The notes beneath the pieces are model-generated. The model was given only the letters and a program-made list of their open reading frames with translations, had not been told where the DNA came from and did no database searches. Below, piece by piece: positions 51,334 through 59,601 of a DNA stretch of 64,000 nucleotides. The position numbers and the translations under genes were made by a program. Every line of letters starts with the position of its first letter. Position 1 is the stretch's first letter. Origin of the DNA: a virus (taxonomy: Duplodnaviria > Caudoviricetes); the IMG/VR virus record IMGVR_UViG_3300024520_000066, positions 1,745-65,744 of that record. One strand, written 5' to 3'.

Positions 51334-54111
51334 TTATCCTTGCGCGTTTGTTGATGCTGTAAAAGCAAATGGTACATTAACAACATTACCAGTACCTTGC
51401 TCAAAAACCACTTCTGTTATAATACAACTTATATCTGCTGATGTTTCTCCTTGACCAGAAGTAGAAATACTTTCAACATCTAAATAATATTTAAATTGGT
51501 CTGTACTGATATGCAATAATTCAACATTTACAGAAAAATTTTCTGTACCATTGATACTTTTATTATAAACAACTGTGTTATTTTTATAAATAGTTAATAC
51601 AGCTCTACTATTACCACCGTTTGCATGATTAACAACCACTATATTTATAGTATGTTTTAACCTTAAAATAAAATCTGTTGGAAGCAAAGGCGTAATTACT
51701 AAAGTATCTTCTATAGTTTCCGCTTGCCCATCTGCATCACTGTTAGTTATTAATGTGATGTTATTTTTAGAAAAACTATAATCTAAAACCCTAATAACTT
51801 CTACAACATCACTAGCTGTTAAACCACCATTATCTGTTACTGTTATTTGAAATTGCCAAATATTACCAGTCATGTTTGTAATATTAGTTGCTAATAACGT
51901 TGGACTCGATACCACCGCTGCACCTTGTATTACTTGCCAAATACGAGAAACAATAAAGCCATCTGGATCACTTTCTGTAGCTAATAAATTTGTGGTATTT
52001 GCATTATCTGAAATTGAAAAATCTGGTCCCGCATAAACTACAGGCGGTATATTATTTGCAATAGCTACATTATAAAAAGATTCACTATAAAAAGCTTTTG
52101 TAATACCTTGTGTTATATTCCACTCTAAATTTAATGGATACCAGATTCTAGAACCATTAAATTTATAATCTATTAATTGACTAAATTTAAATAAGCCATT
52201 AAACTCACCTTCTATATTATAGTGCGCTTGTTTATGTAATGCTAAATAAATAGAAGCTAATACCTCGCCATAACGTTTTGCAGTAATAGGATATACAGCA
52301 TCACCCCAATTTTGCCATGTTGTTCTATCTACGTTTGGATGATAGATGTTTTTTACATTAACACGTATTACATCATTATCATCTATAACAAAACCTAAAG
52401 CATTTGCATCATAACTAAATACAAATTGCTCACCATTAAAATAATTATAAACAACTTCAACATCTGTTAAGGCGATATAAGCACCAACACCATTTTGCTG
52501 CACTTCAACATTATTACTATTATCTTTTATAGTGATGATTTCCTCTAGGCTAACTTGTATTAAATTTTTACCTAAAGATTGAAATATATATATAGGGTTG
52601 ATTATTTTTACATGATTAAGTGCATTAAGTTCATTAAGTTGCTCTAACCTTATAACATTTGTATAATTACCAACCGCATCTGTTAAATCTAAATCTATAT
52701 CTTTTACTGAAGAAAAAGAACCCTCGTTTACAGCAGTAAACAACTCATCAATTTCATCATTTATTTTTTTAAAGGTGATGTTTTTAAATAAAAAACCTGA
52801 TGCTTTATTTAATAAATAATTGTATGCAGGTTGATAAAATTTAATATCTAAATACCCATTATTTTCTACAATAAATTCAATTTGAATTTCTGCGTTTCTA
52901 GTATTATCAAAATCGAATCTATAATCCGGACCTTTACTATTAGAAAATATAACCGTATCATTAATTAAAACTTCATATTTTAATAAATTATACCAGGATC
53001 CGTTACTTGAAAAAGTTTCGTTATCTGCTGCTGTTATTGTTAAATCATAAAGCAACTCTAAAGCAAAAGTAGCTTCAAATTTTGATCCAGCTAATACATA
53101 AGGCTTACGTTTTAAACTGATAAAATTTAAAGGATTTTCAGCAGCTAAACTTGTAAATATTTTTACAGCATTATCAGAGGTGTTTACTTGCGCAAAATAG
53201 CCATTGTTTTCAATCCAATGTCTGCTTTTAAAATAAGCGTTTTCATTATTTACATCTACCCAACCATCACTAACTTCTTTATAAAGCTGGCTTTCCCAAT
53301 AAAAAGAACTATTGGTTTGGGCCACTTCAACCTGTTTTAATGGTGCTGTTATACTAATTAAAGGCGTTGCATAAGCAACAACACTGGTGTAATTTCTAGT
53401 TACCGCTATATCTTCTATAAAATTACCTAGATAATTATATTTACTTAATGTGTAAACACTTAAAGCCCGCTTATTATAACCTACTACATAAAACTCACCA
53501 TCTTCTTGATAAACTGTACACCCAATATTTTTTAAAACTAATTCTAAAATACCGTAAGCCGATTTCTTTTTCCCTGAAGATGATTTAAAAATAGAAGTGT
53601 CTAACCATTTAGTTTCCCAACTAGGTTCGGCTAAATTTACTAAAGCAGGTGTGAAATAAAAATTAGTATTTAAACCTGTTAACTCTAAGCATTTTGCTAT
53701 TATTTCTATAATAGTATGCTCATTAGTGTAAAAAGATTCTGGTAAAAAATACCCTTTTAAAGATGCTAAACCACAATTAGCTTCAAATTGAATAAAAAGC
53801 ACACCATTTGTATATGGTTCTTTATATTGATCTGGTATAATAAAACCCTTCCATAAAATAATATTAGTATCTTCATCTACCAATTCTACTTTATATCTAC
53901 GCTCATCATTAGTGTATAAGTGTACAAAATGCGCATCAGAACGAATAGGTGCTAACATTGAATAATTTAAAGCAGAACCTATGATGTTTTTATCCTTATC
54001 ATCTCCACCAAAATACTTTAAAGAAATGGTGTTATTTTCTGCAGCTTCTAAAATAGTTACAGCGTTTAAATCTTGCGTGTCGTATATTTTAATTGCATAG
54101 TTTAGTTCCAT
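51334..54111 (-). CDS. siphovirus tail tip/hub protein with PKD-like domain
   Basis: 925 aa, coupled to the tape measure (TAATG); NIPPVVYAGPD...SDPDGFIVS PKD-like motif. Confidence 0.65.
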   Translation of the reverse strand: MELNYAIKIYDTQDLNAVTILEAAENNTISLKYFGGDDKDKNIIGSALNYSMLAPIRSDAHFVHLYTNDERRYKVELVDEDTNIILWKGFIIPDQYKEPYTNGVLFIQFEANCGLASLKGYFLPESFYTNEHTIIEIIAKCLELTGLNTNFYFTPALVNLAEPSWETKWLDTSIFKSSSGKKKSAYGILELVLKNIGCTVYQEDGEFYVVGYNKRALSVYTLSKYNYLGNFIEDIAVTRNYTSVVAYATPLISITAPLKQVEVAQTNSSFYWESQLYKEVSDGWVDVNNENAYFKSRHWIENNGYFAQVNTSDNAVKIFTSLAAENPLNFISLKRKPYVLAGSKFEATFALELLYDLTITAADNETFSSNGSWYNLLKYEVLINDTVIFSNSKGPDYRFDFDNTRNAEIQIEFIVENNGYLDIKFYQPAYNYLLNKASGFLFKNITFKKINDEIDELFTAVNEGSFSSVKDIDLDLTDAVGNYTNVIRLEQLNELNALNHVKIINPIYIFQSLGKNLIQVSLEEIITIKDNSNNVEVQQNGVGAYIALTDVEVVYNYFNGEQFVFSYDANALGFVIDDNDVIRVNVKNIYHPNVDRTTWQNWGDAVYPITAKRYGEVLASIYLALHKQAHYNIEGEFNGLFKFSQLIDYKFNGSRIWYPLNLEWNITQGITKAFYSESFYNVAIANNIPPVVYAGPDFSISDNANTTNLLATESDPDGFIVSRIWQVIQGAAVVSSPTLLATNITNMTGNIWQFQITVTDNGGLTASDVVEVIRVLDYSFSKNNITLITNSDADGQAETIEDTLVITPLLPTDFILRLKHTINIVVVNHANGGNSRAVLTIYKNNTVVYNKSINGTENFSVNVELLHISTDQFKYYLDVESISTSGQGETSADISCIITEVVFEQGTGNVVNVPFAFTASTNAQG

Positions 54112-56225
54112 TACGATTGCCTTAATTGTTCTTTTAAACTACGCTCATAACTTATTACAATATCGCTACCACGTAAAACTGTTTGAGGGATAAATACCTG
54201 TGGCTGCGAACTACCCTCACCCATTAAACCATATAACTTTTTTTGTTGCGCCTGGTTTAAAACCAACTCGCCAGAATTTACACGCGCTAATATTTTATCT
54301 CCAAAAAAAGAAGAACCACCAACTACACCACCATCTGCAAAAGCAGGTAAATTACCACCACCTCCAAAATTAGATGCTAAACCTTTTAACAAACTACCTA
54401 CCACTACCAAACCAACACCAGCCGCTATAGCAGCCAAAGGATTTGTAAAAGATAGTTTTACAGCCTTCATTGTAATACCTATTTTTATAGCTGCTTTTCC
54501 TAACTGTGTAGCTAAATCTCCTAGGGTAGATAAAAGCAAACCACCTACCGCACCAAAACCAATATTACCCTGCGCTATACCAGCTATAACATTAGCAAAA
54601 CCATCAATAAAACTATTACCAATGTTTTGTAATATACCTGAAGAAGCATCTTGAAAATCTAACAACCTAGATTGAAATGCGATTAAATTTGCATCTATTA
54701 TTTCATTCTCAACGGGCAAAGATTCTGAAATACCAGCTAAAGGTGATGTTGTTAAAACTGTACCACCTTGCGCTAAACCCGTTGTGTTTAAAGCAGATAC
54801 TTGTTTACGACCTGTTAACCCTTGTTTTTTAGCTTTTTCAATTGCGTTGGTTATTGCTGAAGCATCTACATTTTCTTCTAAAAAAGCTATTTTTTTTCGT
54901 TGTGTAACATTATCAATAGCATCGTTAAAATTTTTATCAATACCATTAGTTAAATTTTTCCAGTCGTTACTAATATTATCTGTAAAAGTTGAAAAATTAC
55001 TAAAACCCTCTGAACTTGCTTTTTTAATGATAGCTGGCAACTCTGAAATATTACCAGTAAGCACTGCTTTAAAAACACTTCCTATAGTTTTAAAACCAGT
55101 TACAAAATTATCTACAAAACCTTGAATGATGCTTTTAAGGGCTTCAAAAGCAAATTTACCTATCTCAAAAAGGTTTTTAAATTGCTGCACAACCAACTCA
55201 ACTGCAGTTCTAAAAAGAGTGCTTTCATTATATAAATCAATAAAATAGTTTGCTATATTTATTAAGGTTTGTTTTATAGGTGCCCAATTTTTATAAATTA
55301 CAACACCAACCGCTGTTAAACCGGCTACTATTAACCCTATTGGCCCCGTAAGTAATGCTAAACCTGTACCAATTGCCGGTAATATAGTTCCTGCCAATGC
55401 TAATAATGGACCAATAGCAGCGGCAACACCACCGAGTATTACGATCCATTTTTTGGTTTCTGGAGATAGCGATTGAAATCTTTGCAAAATACCATTTAAG
55501 CTTTCAAATAAAGGGGTTATATATGGAATAATAATATCTCCAATAGATGCAAAAGCTTGTTGAATATTATCGCGCAAGGTACTCATCCTACCACTAAAAG
55601 TATTTGCTTGTCGCTCTATGCTTCCTGCAAAATTAGTATTACCTATGTTTTGTAAGTATTGCGAAATTTCTTCCGAATTTTTTTTAACAGTAGTTGTTAC
55701 TCCTTGAAACGTAAAAGAAACATTATCGCCTTGCGATTTTGCTTTAATACCAAACTCTTTTAAACGCTCGAACTCACCTACTGCAGCATCAGCTACAGCT
55801 TCAATCATTTGGTCTAAACTTTTACCTAATGCGCTTGCTGTATTACCATAACTTGTTAGTGATGCTATTGATGGATCTAAACCTAAGTTTTTTAATTTTA
55901 TAAAAGCACTTGCAACTTCTTCCATTTGAAATGGGGTTGTAGCTGCAAATTCTTTTATTTGAGCAAAAGCAGAAGATGAAGATGCCGAATTACCTTGAAA
56001 AACCGTATCTAAAGAAGTTTTAAGAGTTTCCATATCAGCAGCAGCACTTATAGCTTGCGCACCTATACCCAATAAAGGCAATGTTACACCAATACTTAAA
56101 CCTGCACCAATTTTTTGCATACCAGCACCTACTTTAGTTAACTGCCTATTAGCGTTATCCATTTGGGTGCTAAAGCTTTTTAAATCGGCTTTAAATAGAA
56201 TATTTATTTGACTTAAACTTGCCCT
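54111..56225 (-). CDS. tail tape measure protein; proposed non-canonical AGG start at 56225 (first in-frame ATG at 56162)
   Basis: FAATTPFQMEEV and AVADAAVGEFERLKEFGI tape-measure motifs; frame is open 21 codons upstream of the ATG: TGA-AGG-GCA-AGT-TTA... = (M)ASLSQINILFKADLKSFSTQMDNA. Confidence 0.85.
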   Translation of the reverse strand, partial: RASLSQINILFKADLKSFSTQMDNANRQLTKVGAGMQKIGAGLSIGVTLPLLGIGAQAISAAADMETLKTSLDTVFQGNSASSSSAFAQIKEFAATTPFQMEEVASAFIKLKNLGLDPSIASLTSYGNTASALGKSLDQMIEAVADAAVGEFERLKEFGIKAKSQGDNVSFTFQGVTTTVKKNSEEISQYLQNIGNTNFAGSIERQANTFSGRMSTLRDNIQQAFASIGDIIIPYITPLFESLNGILQRFQSLSPETKKWIVILGGVAAAIGPLLALAGTILPAIGTGLALLTGPIGLIVAGLTAVGVVIYKNWAPIKQTLINIANYFIDLYNESTLFRTAVELVVQQFKNLFEIGKFAFEALKSIIQGFVDNFVTGFKTIGSVFKAVLTGNISELPAIIKKASSEGFSNFSTFTDNISNDWKNLTNGIDKNFNDAIDNVTQRKKIAFLEENVDASAITNAIEKAKKQGLTGRKQVSALNTTGLAQGGTVLTTSPLAGISESLPVENEIIDANLIAFQSRLLDFQDASSGILQNIGNSFIDGFANVIAGIAQGNIGFGAVGGLLLSTLGDLATQLGKAAIKIGITMKAVKLSFTNPLAAIAAGVGLVVVGSLLKGLASNFGGGGNLPAFADGGVVGGSSFFGDKILARVNSGELVLNQAQQKKLYGLMGEGSSQPQVFIPQTVLRGSDIVISYERSLKEQLRQS

Positions 56226-56265
56226 TCAGTTTTGGTTTTAGGATTAATACTTTATCTTTACTTTT

Positions 56266-56358
56266 ATGATTGAATGGTATTACATTCCTGCTTTTATTAT
56301 TATTGGTTTTTTAGGATTTGTTTTTAACGACTACATCCGTAAGAACCGTTTTAAGTAG
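56266..56358 (+). CDS. 30-aa single-pass membrane peptide, antisense to the tail operon (moron-like)
   Basis: MIEWYYIPAFIIIGFLGFVFNDYIRKNRFK*; weak TATCTTTA -7-like element at 56253-56260. Confidence 0.5.
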   Translation: MIEWYYIPAFIIIGFLGFVFNDYIRKNRFK

Positions 56359-56430
56359 CGTTGGTAGGATTCGAACCTACGACCTCGAGAAAAGGATTCT
56401 CGCGAGCTAACCAAACTGCTCTACAACGCG
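56356..56430 (-). tRNA. initiator (fMet)-like tRNA with CCU anticodon
   Basis: CGCGTTG TA GAGC AGTTTGGTTA GCTC G CGAGA ATCCTTT TCTCG AGGTC GTAGG TTCGAAT CCTAC CAACGCT A; full cloverleaf, C1xU72 mismatch, A11-U24, no encoded CCA. Confidence 0.88.
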
Positions 56431-56774
56431 ATTTTATTTTTTTTATCTAAGGCATCAAATTCGGCTTTAAGTTGCTCTTGTGTTTTTTTAGGTTGTTTTA
56501 AATCTTTTTTCTCCCAATCAAAAGGATACCATTTTTCTACGGTTAAATTTTTATCTTTAGATTCAAAATTAAAAGCTGATGTAAAAGCTATTAATCTTAT
56601 TTGTGTCCATTTTTCTCGTTTTTTGGTTTCATAACCTCTGGTTATATTATCTAATTGCCGCCAATCTAAAGAATCAAAAGTTTTAATAGTTAACCCAATT
56701 TCTCCACAAACAAAGGCTTCTAAATCATCGAACGTTAGCGAAGTATTATTTACTCCGCTTGGTTCGACTTTCCC
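56421..56774 (-). CDS. -1 frameshift extension of the tail assembly chaperone (lambda gpGT-like)
   Basis: Open -1 frame from the slippery site: VEPSGVNNTSLTFDDLEAFVCGEIGL...WTQIRLIAF...WYPFDWE...KIAL*. Confidence 0.8.
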   Translation of the reverse strand, partial: GKVEPSGVNNTSLTFDDLEAFVCGEIGLTIKTFDSLDWRQLDNITRGYETKKREKWTQIRLIAFTSAFNFESKDKNLTVEKWYPFDWEKKDLKQPKKTQEQLKAEFDALDKKNKIAL

Positions 56775-57112
56775 ACAGCTTGGGTATCTTCTTCTGTATT
56801 TGGTTGTGCGCCTTTAAAAACATCAAACATAGGTTGCAATATAGATTCGCCATTTATGTTTAAATGATCTACAATATCATCCGGATCTATGTTAATAGAT
56901 TTTTTACTTGCTGCACGAATGGCACTTAAAATAAATACACCAATAACTTCTTGACTTTCTAAAGTGCCAGCATCTATAACCGCAATCTTTTTTTGAAAGT
57001 CTGCTATAAGTTTGAGTTTATAATGATTCATAAACTCCCTCTGAAACTTAATTCCAAATCTAAATGGATATTCTTTATTAAATAAAATAATACTTTTTGC
57101 TGTGGTACTCAT
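56750..57112 (-). CDS. tail assembly chaperone (gpG-like)
   Basis: 120 aa between the tail tube and tape measure genes, with slippery site. Confidence 0.8.
   Translation of the reverse strand: MSTTAKSIILFNKEYPFRFGIKFQREFMNHYKLKLIADFQKKIAVIDAGTLESQEVIGVFILSAIRAASKKSINIDPDDIVDHLNINGESILQPMFDVFKGAQPNTEEDTQAVGKSNQAE
56768..56774 (-). other. programmed -1 frameshift slippery site GGGAAAG
   Basis: G GGA AAG near the 3' end of the chaperone gene; same heptamer as lambda G-T. Confidence 0.85.
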
Positions 57113-57129
57113 TTTTTTATTCTTTTATA

Positions 57130-57534
57130 TTAAGCTACTCTAGCTACTGTTAAATCTCCATTACCCTTAAAGCTAAAACTACAAGTTACGTACTCATCGT
57201 TTGTTGCATTGGTATTAAATGATTCGATATAAGCATTACCACTGTAAACAACATCACCAGAAACACCTGTAGTTAGAGTAACTGCCACTTCTGTTTTGTT
57301 TATCGCCAGGGTTGATAATGTAAATAAATCTTCTTGGGTAGTACCATCGTTATCATATAATGCTTCTACTGGAATATTCCAAGATGAAGAACCAGGTGAT
57401 ACTAATTTACCAGAAGTATCTTTTGATGCTACTTCTTTAAAGTCTGTTTGGAATGATAAATCTGCAGATACTTCGTGAAATATCTCTTTACCACCCACTG
57501 TAATACGCATATTTACGCCTTCTTTTAATGCCAT
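57130..57534 (-). CDS. major tail tube protein
   Basis: 134 aa; KEVASKDTSG, YSGNAYIESFN, CSFSFKGNGDL motifs. Confidence 0.85.
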   Translation of the reverse strand: MALKEGVNMRITVGGKEIFHEVSADLSFQTDFKEVASKDTSGKLVSPGSSSWNIPVEALYDNDGTTQEDLFTLSTLAINKTEVAVTLTTGVSGDVVYSGNAYIESFNTNATNDEYVTCSFSFKGNGDLTVARVA

Positions 57535-57540
57535 GATTTC

Positions 57541-57906
57541 TTATTTTTTTATGTTAAATGTTTGTTCTATGTAAAATTCGTCTTGATCGTTAAATACAGG
57601 CTTCCCACCTTGTATTAAATAAATATTATTACTTGCCTTAATAGCATCTGTTACTTTATCTGCTATTGCTATCGCTTTATTATAAGTTGAAGCAAAAGCG
57701 TTTATTACTACTGTAAACTCATAAATACCATCTTTACTAGGTTTTGTTTCATAACTTGTATAATAATTTATAAAAGAATCTCCTTCATTTGGTGTTGCAA
57801 TTAATGGGTAAATACTATCTGGTCCATGAGATAACAATGTAGTAAGAGGTGTGTGTAATGCTAAATCTGCATAAACCAATTCTGATATTTGTAACCACTT
57901 ACTCAT
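57541..57906 (-). CDS. tail completion/terminator protein
   Basis: 121 aa, IYPLIA motif, directly upstream of the tail tube gene. Confidence 0.7.
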   Translation of the reverse strand: MSKWLQISELVYADLALHTPLTTLLSHGPDSIYPLIATPNEGDSFINYYTSYETKPSKDGIYEFTVVINAFASTYNKAIAIADKVTDAIKASNNIYLIQGGKPVFNDQDEFYIEQTFNIKK

Positions 57907-58364
57907 TTGCTTAATCTGTTTATTTGTTTTTGCACGTATGCTGATACTTTAGCTTCTGCATCGGCTGTTACTTTTCCTTTTGTTTGTTTGTAAGCTCTAT
58001 TCATAAAAGGATTTGGTTTTTGATTTATGGTTCCACCCTCTACAAAAGCACCATACCAACCATCATGTTTCCCTTTTACCCTAGGTCCTACAACTAACAC
58101 TGCATCAACTTTATTACGTTTAGCTACTATTTTGCCAATTGATTTTTTTAAGTTTCCCGGCTGTATTAATTTCCTGGTACGTTTACCACTTTGTAAATGT
58201 GGTTTTTTACTTACCGGAACTGTACCTCTTGCTGCTTTAACCGTTGGTTCTGCTACTACACGTAATACCTTTAAAAGTTCTGAACGTTTTACCTTATCTG
58301 GTAACTGCTTTATTTTTGCTCGTAATAGATTAAAACCTTGTATTTCTATTAAGTCTTTTGCCAT
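57903..58364 (-). CDS. HK97 gp10-like neck protein
   Basis: GNLKKSI...WYGAFVEGGT...PNPFMNRAY. Confidence 0.85.
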   Translation of the reverse strand: MAKDLIEIQGFNLLRAKIKQLPDKVKRSELLKVLRVVAEPTVKAARGTVPVSKKPHLQSGKRTRKLIQPGNLKKSIGKIVAKRNKVDAVLVVGPRVKGKHDGWYGAFVEGGTINQKPNPFMNRAYKQTKGKVTADAEAKVSAYVQKQINRLSK

Positions 58365-58702
58365 TACTCGCGTTTACTACATTTTAATTGGATGTATTCT
58401 TTATGTCCTACATACCCTACACTATAAATATTATAAGTTTCACCTAAATGATTTATATATAAATCCTGTATTTGTTTTAACACCAAAGCCGGATTATACT
58501 TTATAGTGTATCGCCTAACATTTAAGGCTAAAATTTTACCATCTTCTTCTTCATTACCACTTACATCTTCAACTTTTGCCCATACTTCATTAAACAGTAT
58601 TTCTTGATATGTTTTTTCACCGGTACTACTATTAGTGCGTTGGCGTTCTATAATCCGAATACGTTGGTTTAACTGCCCTGTATAAACTTTTATATTTGCC
58701 AT
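58364..58702 (-). CDS. head-tail adaptor / head closure protein
   Basis: GQLNQRIRI...VWAKVEDVSGNE. Confidence 0.8.
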   Translation of the reverse strand: MANIKVYTGQLNQRIRIIERQRTNSSTGEKTYQEILFNEVWAKVEDVSGNEEEDGKILALNVRRYTIKYNPALVLKQIQDLYINHLGETYNIYSVGYVGHKEYIQLKCSKRE

Positions 58703-58724
58703 TTAACAAATTACGGTTTTGTTT

Positions 58725-59351
58725 TTAAATTGTTTTACGATAATATTTATAAGGCTCTAACTTTATTTTAGCTGCAGTTAAATAACCTTTACTTTCCATA
58801 TTATTACGTATGTTATAGTTTTCGTGCATTAAAAGTTTAATACCTTGCAATAAACCTTTTGGCACTTTATTTTCTGGATAACCTACAGTAACCTCAAAAG
58901 CTACCGCATCTGTTTTGGTTTCAATTAATTCTGGTAAATCTGAAATATCTTCTATGTTTTTATAATGAATTACAGTTGCATATTTATCTACTGGTAACAA
59001 TTCTAAAAAGTCTGATAAATCAGTTATTTCTTCTACTTCATTAGTTGCAGCTACATCTTGTAAAATAATAGTTTCTGAAGCGGTTTTATAAGTTAGTTTT
59101 GAAACTTCTGTTATAATTTGCTCTCTAAATTCAAAATCTTGATCTAACCATTTATTACTTTTTACTATGTATTTTCGCTGGCGTATATTTGTGCTGGTAT
59201 AACTTTCTGCTTCATCAATAGCTGCTTCAATACAATCTAAAATTATATCATCATCAAAAGTGCCTAAATCTTCCATTTTAAGCTGCTTTTTTGCTGCTTC
59301 TAACGATAATATTTCTGGGGATGTATGTGCTACTGGAATATAAAAGTCCAT
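58725..59351 (-). CDS. head-tail connector (HK97 gp6-like, long form)
   Basis: LSLEAAKKQLK...DDDII...AAIDEAESYT; VPKGLLQGIKLLMHENYNIR. Confidence 0.8.
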   Translation of the reverse strand: MDFYIPVAHTSPEILSLEAAKKQLKMEDLGTFDDDIILDCIEAAIDEAESYTSTNIRQRKYIVKSNKWLDQDFEFREQIITEVSKLTYKTASETIILQDVAATNEVEEITDLSDFLELLPVDKYATVIHYKNIEDISDLPELIETKTDAVAFEVTVGYPENKVPKGLLQGIKLLMHENYNIRNNMESKGYLTAAKIKLEPYKYYRKTI

Positions 59352-59355
59352 GTTT

Positions 59356-59523
59356 CTATTTTACAAATTCTGCATAATGCGATTCTACTAACTCTTTAGC
59401 TATAAGCTCATCAAATTCTGCTTCATCACCTATACTATATCCTAAGTTAAAACTACCTGTTGGTGATAACAGAAATTTAATTTTAAGTGTTTTAGGTGTT
59501 TTTACAGTTTGTTTTTTTGCCAT
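59356..59523 (-). CDS. 55-aa protein following the capsid gene (absent from the ORF track)
   Basis: MAKKQTVKTPKTLKIKFLLSPTGSFNLGYSIGDEAEFDELIAKELVESHYAEFVK* fills the gap. Confidence 0.7.
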   Translation of the reverse strand: MAKKQTVKTPKTLKIKFLLSPTGSFNLGYSIGDEAEFDELIAKELVESHYAEFVK

Positions 59524-59535
59524 CGTTTTTGTTTT

Positions 59536-59577
59536 AAAAAAAAAGGGGGTTTGGCTTTCAACTCAAAACCCCTTTTT
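59536..59577 (-). terminator. intrinsic terminator after the HK97-type capsid gene
   Basis: Minus strand AGGGGTTTTGAG-TTGAAA-GCCAAACCCCC-T9. Confidence 0.7.
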
Positions 59578-59601
59578 ACAATTAACCAACCAAACTAATT
59601 A

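Noticed and set aside
51192-51404. 70-aa ORF as given in the track
   Set aside because: Its 5' part overlaps the tail tip gene; the ATG at 51332 gives a cleaner 46-aa gene.
42367-54111. Diversity-generating retroelement or invertible fibre cassette
   Set aside because: No reverse transcriptase or recombinase gene, and no template/variable repeat pair noticed by eye.
56356-56430. Ordinary tRNA-Arg(CCU) supplying a rare codon, or an att-site remnant
   Set aside because: The body has initiator features (1x72 mismatch, A11-U24) and lacks A20. It is complete and lies inside a tail operon with no integrase nearby.
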